The notes beneath the pieces are model-generated. The model was not told the origin of the DNA. It was given only the letters and a program-made list of their open reading frames with translations, and did no database searches. A stretch of DNA of 64,000 bases from Eledone cirrhosa. Taxonomy: Eukaryota. The stretch covers positions 307,148,001 to 307,212,000 of the forward strand of contig OZ024740.1 of assembly GCA_964016885.1 (NCBI GenBank), given 5' to 3'. Positions 52,001-64,000 of this stretch are shown piece after piece. Positions within the stretch are counted from its first letter, which is position 1. The number at the start of each line of letters is the position of its first letter. A program made the translations under genes and the position numbers.

Positions 52001-55000
52001 GTAGATTCATAGCATGTAGATTCATAAAATGTAGATTCATACCATGTAGATTCATACCATGTAGATTCATACCATTTAGATTCATACCATGTAGATTCAT
52101 ACCATGTAGATTCATAGCATGTAGATTCATACCATGTAGATTCATACCATGTAGATTCATACCATGTAGATTCATACCGTGTAAATTCATACCATGTAGA
52201 TTCATACCGTGTAAATTCATACCATGTAGATTCATACCATGTAGATTCATACCATGTAGATGCATACCATGTAGATTCATACCATGTGGATTCATGTCAT
52301 GTAGATTCATAGCATGTAGATTCATACCATGTAGATTCATACCATGTAGATTCATAGCATGTAGATTCATACCATGTAGATTCATGCCATGTAGATTCAT
52401 ACCATGTAGATTCATACCATGTAGATTCATGTCATGTAGATACATGTCATGTAGATTCATACCATGTAGATTCATACCATTCAGATTCATACCATGTAGA
52501 ATCATACCATGTAGATTCATACCATGTAGATTCATACAATGTAGATTCATACCATGTAGATTCATACCGCGTAGATTCATACCATGTAGATTCATACCAT
52601 GTAGATTCATACCATGTAGATTCATACCATGTAGATTCGTGTCACGTAGATTCATACCGTGTAGATTCATACCATGTAGATTCATACCATGTAGATTCAC
52701 ACCGTGTAGATTCATACCATGTAGATTCATACAATGTAGATTCTTACCGTGTAGATTCATACCATGTAGATTCATACCATGTAGATTCATACCATGTAGA
52801 TTCATAAAATGTAGATTCATACCATGTAGATTCATACCATGTAGATTCATAAAATGTAGATTCATACCATGTAGATTCATACCATGTAGATTCATACCAA
52901 GTAGATTCATAAAATGTAGATTCATACCATGTAGATTCATACCATGTAGATTCATAAAATGTAGATTCATACCATGTAGATTCATACCATGTAGATTCAT
53001 ACCATGTAGATTCATACCATGTAGATTCATACCATGTAGATTCATACCAAGTAGATTCATAAAATGTAGATTCATACCATGTAGATTCATACCATGTAGA
53101 TTCATAAAATGTAGATTCATACCATGTAGATTCATACCATGTAGATTCATAGCATGTAGATTGATACCATGTAGATTCATACCATGTAGATTCATACCAT
53201 TTAGATTCATACCATGTAGATTCATACCATGTAGATTCATACCATGTAGATTCATACCATGTAGATTCATGTCATGTAGATTCATACCATGTAGATTCAT
53301 ACCATGTAGATTCATAGCATGTAGATTCATAAAATGTAGATTCATACCATGTAGATTCATACCATGTAGATTCATACCATTTAGATTCATACCATGTAGA
53401 TTCATACCATGTAGATTCATAGCATATAGATTCATACCATGTAGATTCATACCATGTAGATTCATACCGTGTAAATTCATACCATGTAGATTCATACCGT
53501 GTAAATTCATACCATGTAGATTCATACCATGTAGATTCATACCATGTAGATGCATACCATGTAGATTCATACCATGTGGATTCATGTCATGTAGATTCAT
53601 AGCATGTAGATTCATACCATGTAGATTCATACCATGTAGATTCATAGCATGTAGATTCATACCATGTAGATTCATACCATGTAGATTCATACCATGTAGA
53701 TGCATACCATGTAGATTCATACCATGTAGATTCATACCATGTAGATTCATGTCATGTAGATACATGTCATGTAGATTCATACCATGTAGATTCATACCAT
53801 GTAGATTCATACCATGTAGATTCATACAATGTAGATTCATACCATTCAGATTCATACGATGTAGAATCATACCATGTAGATTCATACCATGTAGATTCAT
53901 ACAATGTAGATTCATACCATGTAGATTCATACCACGTAGATTCATACCATGTAGATTCATACCATGTAGATTCATAACATGTAGATTCATACCATGTAGA
54001 TTCGTGTCATGTAGATTCATACCGTGTAGATTCATACCATGTAGATTCATACCATGTAGATTCACACCGTGTAGATTCATACCATGTAGATTCATACCAT
54101 GTAGATTCTTACCGTGTAGATTCATACCATGTAGATTCATACCATGTAGATTCATACCATGTAGATTCATAAAATGTAGATTCATACCATGTAGATTCAT
54201 AGCATGTAGATTCATACCATGTAGATTCATACCATGTAGATTCATACCGTGTAGATTCATACAATGTAGATTCATACCATGTAGATTCACACCGTGTAGA
54301 TTCATACCATGTAGATTCATACCATGTAGATTCATACCGTGTAGATTCATACCATGTAGATTCATACCATGTAGATTCATACCATGTAGATTCATACCAT
54401 GTAGATTCATACCATGTAGATTCATACCCAGTAGATTCATAAAATGTAGATTCATACCATGTAGATTCATACCATGTAGATTCATATAATGTAGATTCAT
54501 ACCATGTAGATTCATACCATGTAGATTCATAGCATGTAGATTGATACCATGTAGATTCATACCGTGTAGATTCATACCATGTAGATTCATACCATGTAGA
54601 TTCATGTCATGTAGATTCTTACCGTGTAGATTCATACCATGTAGATTCATACCATGTAGATTCATACCATGTAGATTCATAAAATGTAGATTCATACCAT
54701 GTAGATTCATAGCATGTAGATTCATACCATGTAGATTCATACCATGTAGATTCATACCGTGTAGATTCATACCATGTAGATTCATACCATGTAGATTCAC
54801 ACCGTGTAGATTCATACCATGTAGATTCATACCATGTAGATTCATACCGTTTAGATTCATACCATGTAGATTCATACCATGTAGATTCATACCATGTAGA
54901 TTCATACCATGTAGATTCATACCATGTAGATTCATACCAAGTAGATTCATAAAATGTAGATTCATACCATGTAGATTCATACCATGTAGATTCATAAAAT

Positions 55001-58000
55001 GTAGATTCATACCATGTAGATTCATAGCATGTAGATTCATAGCATGTAGATTGATACCATGTAGATTCATACCGTGTAGATTCATACCATGTAGATTCAT
55101 ACCATGTAGATTCATGTCATGTAGATTCATACCATGTAGATTCATACCATGTAGATTCATAGCATGTAGATTCATAAAATGTAGATTCATACCATATAGA
55201 TTCATACCATGTAGATTCATACCATTTAGATTCATACCATGTAGATTCATACCATGTAGATTCATAGCATGTAGATTCATACCATGTACATTCATACCAT
55301 GTAGATTCATACCGTGTAAATTCATACCATGTAGATTCATACCGTGTAAATTCATACCATGTAGATTCATACCATGTAGATTCATACCATGTAGATGCAT
55401 ACCATGTAGATTCATACCATGTGGATTCATGTCATGTAGATTCATAGCATGTAGATTCATACCATGTAGATTCATACCATGTAGATTCATAGCATGTAGA
55501 TTCATACCATGTAGATTCATACCATGTAGATTCATACCATGTAGATGCATACCATGTAGATTCCTACCATGTAGATTCATACCATGTAGATTCATGTGAT
55601 GTAGATACATGTCATGTAGATTCATACCATGTAGATTCATACCATTCAGATTCATACCATGTAGAATCATACCATGTAGATTCATACCATGTAGTTTCAT
55701 ACAAGGTAGATTCATACCATGTAGATTCATACCGCGTAGATTCATACCATGTAGATTCATACCATGTAGATTCATACCATGTAGATTCATACCATGTAGA
55801 TTCGTGTCATGTAGATTCATACCGTGTAGATTCATACCATGTAGATTCATACCATGTAGATTCATACCATGTAGATTCATACCATGTAGATTCATACCGT
55901 GTAGATTCATACCATGTAGATTCATACCATGTAGATTCATACCATGTAGATTCATACCGTGTAAATTCATACCATGTAGATTCATACCATGTAGATTCAT
56001 ACCATGTAGATTCATACCGTGTAGATTCATACCATGTAGATTCATACCATGTAGATTCATACCGTGTAGATTCATACCATGTAGATTCACACCGTGTAGA
56101 TTCATACCATGTAGATTCATACCATGTAGATTCATACCGTGTAAATTCATACCATGTAGATTCATACCATGTAGATTCATACCATGTAGATTCATACCGT
56201 GTAGATTCATACCATGTAGATTCATACCATGTAGATTCATACCATGTAGATTCATACCGTGTAGATTCATACCATGTAGATTCATACCATGTAGATTCAT
56301 ACCATGTAGATTCATACCGTGTAAATTCATACCATGTAGATTCATACCATGTAGATTCATACCATGTAGATTCATACCATGTAGATTCATACCGTGTAGA
56401 TTCATACCATGTAGATTCATACCATGTAGATTCATACCATGTAGATTCATACCATGTAGATTCATACCATGTAGATTCATACCGTGTAGATTCATACCAT
56501 GTAGATTCACACCGCCTAGATTCATACCATGTAGATTCATACCATGTAGATTCATACCGTGTAAATTCATACCATGTAGATTCATCTCATGTAGACTCAT
56601 ACCATGTAGATTCATAGCATGTAGATTCATACCATGTAGATTCATACCATATAGATTCATACCATGTAGATTCATACCATATAGATTCATACCATGTAGA
56701 TTCATACCGTGTAAATTCATACCATGTAGATTCATGTCATGTAGATTCATTCCATGTAGATTCATACCATGTAGATTCATCTCATGTAGATTCATACCAT
56801 GTAGATTCATACCATGTAGATTCATACCAAGTAGATTCATAAAATGTAGATTCATACCATGTAGATTCATACCATGTAGATTCATAAAATGTAGATTCAT
56901 ACCATGTAGATTCATACCATGTAGATTCATAGCATGTAGATTGATACCATGTAGATTCATACCATGTATATTCATACCATTTAGATTCATACCATGTAGA
57001 TTCATACCATGTAGATTCATACCATGTAGATTCATACCATGTAGATTCATGTCATGTAGATTCATACCATGTAGATTCATACCATGTAGATTCATAGCAT
57101 GTAGATTCATAAAATGTAGATTCATACCATGTAGATTCATACCATGTAGATTCATACCATTTAGATTCATACCATGTAGATTCATACCATGTAGATTCAT
57201 AGCATGTAGATTTATACCATGTAGATTCATACCATGTAGATTCATACCGTGTAAATTCATACCATGTAGATTCATACCGTGTAAATTCATACCATGTAGA
57301 TTCATACCATGTAGATTCATACCATGTAGATGCATACCATGTAGATTCATACCATGTGGATTCATGTCATGTAGATTCATAGCATGTAGATTCATACTAT
57401 GTAGATTCATACCATGTAGATTCATAGCATGTAGATTCATACCATGTGGATTCATACCATGTAGATTAATACCATGTAGATGCATACCATGTAGATTCCT
57501 ACCATGTAGATTCATACCATGTAGATTCATGTCATATAGATACATATCATGTAGATTCATACCATGTAGATTCATACCATTCAGATTCATACCATGTAGA
57601 ATCATACCATGTAGATTTATACCATGTAGATTCATACAATGTAGATTCATACCATGTAGATTCATACCGCGTAGATTCATACCATGTAGATTCATACCAT
57701 GTAGATTCATACCATGTAGATTCATACCATGTAGATTCGTGTCATGTAGATTCATACCGTGTAGATTCATACCATGTAGATTCATACCATGTAGATTCAT
57801 ACCATGTAGATTCATACCATGTAGATTCATACCGTGTAGATTCATACCATGTAGATTCATACCATGTAGATTCATACCATGTAGATTCATACCATGTAGA
57901 TTCATACCGTGTAAATTCATACCATGTAGATTCATACCATGTAGATTCATACCATGTAGATTCATACCGTGTAGATTCATACCATGTAGATTCATACCAT

Positions 58001-59381
58001 GTAGATTCATACCGTGTAGATTCATACCATGTAGATTCACACCGTGTAGATTCATACCATGTAGATTCATACCATGTAGATTCATACCGTGTAAATTCAT
58101 ACCATGTAGATTCATACCATGTAGATTCATACCATGTAGATTCATACCGTGTAGATTCATACCATGTAGATTCATACCATGTAGATTCATACCATGTAGA
58201 TTCATACCGTGTAGATTCATACCATGTAGATTCATACCATGCAGATTCATACCATGTAGATTCATACCATGTAGATTCATACCGTGTAAATTCATACCAT
58301 GTAGATTCATACCATGTCGATTCATGCCATGTAGATTCATACCATGTAGATTCATACCGTGTAGATTCATACCATGTAGATTCATACCATGTAGATTCAT
58401 ACCATGTAGATTCATACCATGTAGATTCATACCATGTAGATTCATACCGTGTAGATTCATACCATGTAGATTCACACCGCGTAGATTCATACCATGTAGA
58501 TTCATACCATGTAGATTCATACCGTGTAAATTCATACCATGTAGATTCATACCATGTAGATTCATACCATGTAGATTCATACCGTGTAGATTCATACCAT
58601 GTAGATTCATACCATGAAGATTCATACCATGTAGATTCATAAAATGTAGATTTATGTCATATAGATTCATACCATGTAGATTCATACCATGTAGATTCAT
58701 ACCATGTAGATTCATACCATGTAGATTCATACCATGTAGATTCATACCGTGTAAATTCATACCATGTAGATTCATACCATGTAGATTCATACCATGTAGA
58801 TTCATACCGTGTAGATTCATACCATGTAGATTCATACCATGTAGATTCATGTCATGTAGATTCATACCATGTAGATTCATACCATGTAGATTCATACCGC
58901 GTAGATTCATACCATGTAGATTCATACCATGTAGATTCATACCATGTAGATTCATACCATGTAGATTCATACCATGTAGATTCATACCATGTAGATTCAT
59001 ACCATATAGATTTCTACCATGTAGATTTATACCATGTAGATTCATACCATATAGATTTATACCATGTAGATTCATACCATGTAGATTCATTCCATGTAGA
59101 TTCTTACCATGTAGATTCAGACAATGTAGATTCATGTCATGTAGATTCATGTCATATAGATTCATACCATGTAGATTCATTCCATGTAGATTCATTCCAT
59201 GTAGATTCATACCATGTAGATTCATCTCATGTAGACTCATACCATGTAGATTCATAGCATGTAGATTCATACCATGTAGATTCATACCATATAGATTCAT
59301 ACCATGTAGATTCATACCGTGTAGATTCATACCATGTAAATTCATAGCATTTAGATTCATACCATTTAGATTTATACCATG
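40028..59381. repeat. 15-bp satellite array (GTAGATTCATACCAT)n, about 1290 units
   Basis: Continuous 15-bp phase with substitution variants only and kb-scale higher-order duplications. Confidence 0.99.
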
Positions 59382-59802
59382 GAGGGCTTATCAATAGGTG
59401 GACCAACAATATGATCCACACTTCTAAAAATATATGAGATAACTAGTATACGCAACTGGTGGAAAGAGAAAACATGCACGCTATACAGCCCATGGTCGTA
59501 TGAATGGACGAAAAGACAGCTAAAAACAGCAGCTCAGAACCAGACAACTTAAACTCTACTTACATATATAACTGAATTAGGCGCCAATATATCAAATTAA
59601 AAAAACGGAGTTAAAGACTCAGGTTAATCTCCTATAATTTAATGAGCTCAAGGAATAGATTCCGGGTCTTTATAAGACAGTATATAGAGAGAAATAGCGA
59701 AATACACAAAGTGGTATGTGTTCAGTTATAGAGTGAAAGACATATTATCTACGAAAGGGATGAAGAATACAGATCAATTAAAAGAATAAATTAAAATGTA
59801 CA

Positions 59803-60160
59803 TTGTGCATTTCATCAATTTCTTGACAATTTTCTGTGTGTTTCGCCGGGATTCGGAAAACTGTAATAGATTAATCGAACCACCAAACAGTTTCCATAAC
59901 CTTCGACTTTGGGAAGTATTTAGGAACTTCATCTCGGTTCAATCACTCTGCTTCACTGTTGTTGTATAGGATCCACTTTTCGTCGCAGTTGCATAAAAAA
60001 CAGCGATGTGTAGACTTTATACGGTATCTTTTTTTTCAGGTTTACGTCCAATTCGAATGTCAGGTATTTTTCAGGCTTCTTCGACTTTCTAATTCGGTTT
60101 AAATGTTTAGAAAGTGTTCCAATGTTCTCCTGTAAAATCTTGAAAGCTGAGTTTCATTGT
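59803..60160 (-). pseudogene. mariner transposase remnant
   Basis: Frameshifted peptides TLSKHLNRIRKSKK, CDEKWILYNN, DEVPKYFPK, KVMETVWW, NPGET and CQEIDEMH. Confidence 0.8.
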
Positions 60161-61639
60161 TTAATTAGTTTATCGTTTTACGATCGTTTCAAAAGGTGAA
60201 TCGATAGTAATAATTTAATTCCATATCTATTAGCCTCGATAAAACACACCCATCTCACCGTCCGATGAAAACGAGGAGATGAGATTGTTGTGTTTTATCG
60301 AATACCCTGGTAACTGGAGTTGAAACGTAAGCAAGACCCGTAATCAAAGCTTAGTTACCACACTGAAAATAATCTCACCAAGTTCTCACCCCAAGAAAAT
60401 AACTCATCAGATACAGAACGAAATCAAGGTGAGCTGACATATTTCTTCGACTACCGAAGCGTTCCAACATCCATGACACTAAACATACTCTCCGCCTCTT
60501 TAACTCTTTCTCATTCCCTCCTGACTCTCTTAATCCTCTTTACTTTAGATATTACATTTTAATACACTCTTATCCCACATTAAAATGGCCTCCGTGCCCT
60601 CAAGTATTATGTTGACCGGCGCACTACTCTCGAGCACAGAACCTTTGTACTCTTCTCCGCATTGCTGATATTGCTTTTCTTTAATCGATCGACAAGATCC
60701 CAGACATCATTCACTTACCGAGTGGGGTGGAATTCGTCAAATTGGACCAAGGAAACAATGTTTCCATTGGTCTTCCCATTGCTGATACTATCTACCAGCA
60801 GAAAGAGCAATATGAAATAAAGTGTCTTGCTCAAAGACAACGCATCGCCCGGTCTAGGAATCGAACTCGAAAATTCACGATTGCGAACTCAATTCTCTAA
60901 CCACTAATCCACACGCCTTCATTGAGATTGTACTACTTCTTCTTTTACACTGAATTTTACCTGCAGGTAACCATGGTGGCCATGGGTACTAGGATGGGAA
61001 TGAACTATCCCAACCTTTATCGATTATGACGACTCTTTCCATCCAGCTCTTGACTTCATTTACACTATCTGCTCTTACGTCCTACCAATCTCCATTACAT
61101 TCTAGTTCATCATTCCCACCACCTCTTTACGGTTTGGTAATTGCTTGTGTGCTTCTACATACACAAATCACTTCCTATTTCTCCCTCTTCGACCTTCCGC
61201 CTAATCCCTTGCTTCCTTACACTCCCGCTTTTCCAACCTTCTTTTTCACTATTGGATCATACTACCACTCACTTCACCACTCCCACTAAATCTTGCTATC
61301 TGCTCTTACTGTCACCCTGCTCGTTTGTCTACTTCCTGTCATAAAGGTTCCCAACAACGCGAATTGTGTCTTTTTCAATTTATGGTTGACCAATTGATTG
61401 GATTTGACGAAGTCGTCTGTTTCTTCAAACTTTTTAATTATTTCAATGATTCCACTTTGAATTGAAAGTATTATATTAAGAATGGCATGGCTGGTCTTGC
61501 AAGAACACTCTGCTTATGTGTCTTTCTCCACTAGTCACTATTATCTTGTTACAACCGAGCAATGATTAACTGTATAACTGTATATCTAACTCTATTAAGT
61601 AACCATTGAAATAATAACAATGACAACAATAAAAAATAA

Positions 61640-62360
61640 TGCTTTCTGATTTAGGTACAAGGCCAACAATTTGGGGGAGGGGAAAGTCGACTAAATCGAC
61701 CCTAGTGCGTTACTGGTACTTTATTTTATCGACCCCGTAAGGATGAAAGGCAAAGCTAACCTCGATGGTTAGAACGGTGGATTGACAGAATCTGTAGAGC
61801 GTCAAACAACAAAGCATGTTGTTCGACGCTCTACAGATTCTGTCAATCCACCGTCCTTTGATAATAATGATTTCTAATTTAGGCACAAGGCCGTCAATTT
61901 CGGGGAAGGGGGGGGGGGTAAATCGAACCCAGTTCATTATTGGTGCTTTATTTTATCGAATCTGTAAGGATGAAAAGCAAAAATAACCTCGATGGGATTT
62001 GAATTCAGAATATAAAGGATCGTAACATTATCTCACAAAGCATGTTGTCCGACGCTCCACCGATACTACCAATCCACCGCCTTGTTAATAATAATGATTT
62101 CTAGTATAGGTACAAGGCCAGTAATTTGGGGGAGTGGAAAGTCGATTAGATCGACCCCAGTACGTTACTGGTGCTTTATTTTATCGACACCGTAAGGATG
62201 AAAGGCAAAGTTAACCTCGGCGGGATTTGAACTCAGACCGTAAAGGGCCTTAACTCTATGCTGCAAAGCATAGTGTCCGACTCTCTACCGATACTGCCAA
62301 TCCACCACCCTTGTTAATAATAATAATAATGGTTTCTGATTTAGGCGTAAGGTCAACAAT
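61640..62360 (-). mobile_element. Three tandem family A SINEs plus a partial fourth
   Basis: ~230-bp units joined by (TAA)n tails. Confidence 0.85.
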
Positions 62361-62399
62361 TCGAAACCCAAGAATACATTGAATTAATACAGAAAGTGT

Positions 62400-62566
62400 G
62401 ACCCACGCAGTGAGCGTGTGCTGTCTTTATGTACATTCACTGGTCAATGTGTAAAACATATAGATATCAAATGTCCGATGAAGTGATTCTAGTATGTTCC
62501 AGAATAAGTCCTTAATGATAGAGACAAACCCCAAAATATTTTGGGACTTCAATGTCAACACAGACC
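62400..62566 (+). pseudogene. R4/Dong-like LINE C-terminal remnant
   Basis: YIHWSMCKTY..KIFWDFNVNTD resembles the IHW.LCK.Y..KILWDF.I.TD motif that precedes the restriction-like endonuclease. Confidence 0.55.
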
Positions 62567-64000
62567 TCAGGCAACAGGTCGGATAAGCTAAGCTTCACAA
62601 TTTCTATCTAGTTGGGTCTCATTCAGCTTCAATATAATAAGAACCATGGAAGAATGCTCAGACTTAAAACATGAGAACAGATCATATCTTAAAATATCTC
62701 CTCCGTCCTTCACTAGCTATTCTGATAGATAATCAGTCACCTGACTATGGTATGGTTCGGTAACTCCTGATACAGTCTTAGAGGCGCTGTATTGACATAC
62801 GGCGTTTCTTGGACATTTTAAGCCCAGCGGAGCCCATCATTCTCCAGGACTGAGTACAGCAGGTTTCTTCCAGAGAGAGGAAGAATCGACCCCAGTACTA
62901 GACTGGTACTTATTTTATCGACCTCGAAAGGAGGAAAGGCAAAGTTGACCTCGGCGGGATTTGAACTCAAGGAGCAGAGAGTCGGAACGAATACCATAAA
63001 ACATTCTATCTGACGTTCTAACGACTCTGCCAATTCGCCGCCTATAAAATATAAATATCAACAGAGGCTCCCATTCAGTTAGGTATTTGCATGTTCACTC
63101 AGTTTGACATATAAATATAAATAAGATATGATCTGTTAAAATCTCTTTTTCCAAGGCAATGGTTGGAAAAAATAGACAGCATATTGGGCAAAATATTTTG
63201 TGATATTTGATTGTCCTCTTTATATTCCAAGTTCAAATTTTCGTCAAGTTAACTATGCCTTTTATCCTTCAAAGGTCAATGAAATAAATATCAGTCTACA
63301 AGTACTGGTCTGGATATAATCGACTATATCCGTCAAAGTGGTACAACATCATGGGCACAGTTTGATGACTGAAACCAGCAAAAGAAATCTCTATATGAAT
63401 CTAATTCTCGGGAATAATCAGTCATATGACAAAAAAAAAAAACAAAAAAAAAACATATGGAGATAAAGAAAACATTAACAATATGAACTGAACGTATAGT
63501 TTCAGTGGGTGAAAATGTTAAAACGGACTGTTGAAAAGTAATGGCTGATAGACAAGGGTGCCATCTTGCATTTGAGAAAAAAACAAAAACGTTAATGTTT
63601 CATCACCTAAATGGAATATTCATTACTTTACATCCGTTATCACTGATATGTTAGTATTCACCTCCTACTCCAAGTTTAACGTCAGTTGAAACTTTTTCAT
63701 CAGATCAGAATTGCATTCAAGCCAGAAAGATCTTCGCAACTTTAGAGATTTAACAGTGAAACCAGATAGTGTGGGTAATTTTTTCTCCACACCATTTAAT
63801 AAAAGCCCCATTAAGCACACACTCAGATATCAGCAGAAGAGGTGTCAAAATTGCCCCCAAAACGGTAGTATTACACACAAATCATTTATTACTTGCATAT
63901 TGACAATGCCTCCTGGTTCATTGTGGTTTCCTCACAGTAGATTATAATGATTTTTTTTTCTATCCTTATTAAAGGCGATTCCCTTAGAAAGATGGCTTGG

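Noticed and set aside
40002-59360. 6452-aa (MNLHG)n ORF and the (FIPCR)n and (VDSYH)n ORFs as real genes
   Set aside because: They are translations of a 15-bp satellite. The open frame cannot gain a stop by a single substitution and has no unique domain.
40028-59381. CRISPR-like array
   Set aside because: There are no unique spacers and no cas genes, and the context is eukaryotic.
63600-63720. Tc1/IS630 transposase C-terminal remnant
   Set aside because: Only a vague PPYS-like match across frameshifts; insufficient evidence.

Overview
Repeat-dominated, AT-rich eukaryotic DNA. The tRNA-derived SINEs, RTE LINEs and dense (TA)n tracts suggest an octopus or other coleoid cephalopod (inference). 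No complete host gene is visible; there is only one weak minus-strand exon candidate. Bases 1-40 kb are a mosaic of RTE LINEs, two L1/Tx1 LINEs, an R4/Dong fragment, a hAT transposon with clean TIRs and TSD, piggyBac-like ends, two SINE families and a 57-bp minisatellite. Many Penelope-like element (PLE) remnants sit in (TA)n tracts, two of them with GIY-YIG coding fragments and several as foldback palindromes. About a dozen hammerhead ribozyme (HHR) cores can be read in these remnants. Two of them (564-625 minus, 37386-37452 plus) have the three core strands in a non-circularly permuted order, with different but correctly pairing stems and matching linker lengths; this is the most interesting signal. 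Bases 40028-59381 are a 19.35-kb, indel-free 15-bp satellite with higher-order structure, bracketed by a 73-bp direct repeat. The last 4 kb hold mariner and R4/Dong remnants and tandem SINEs.
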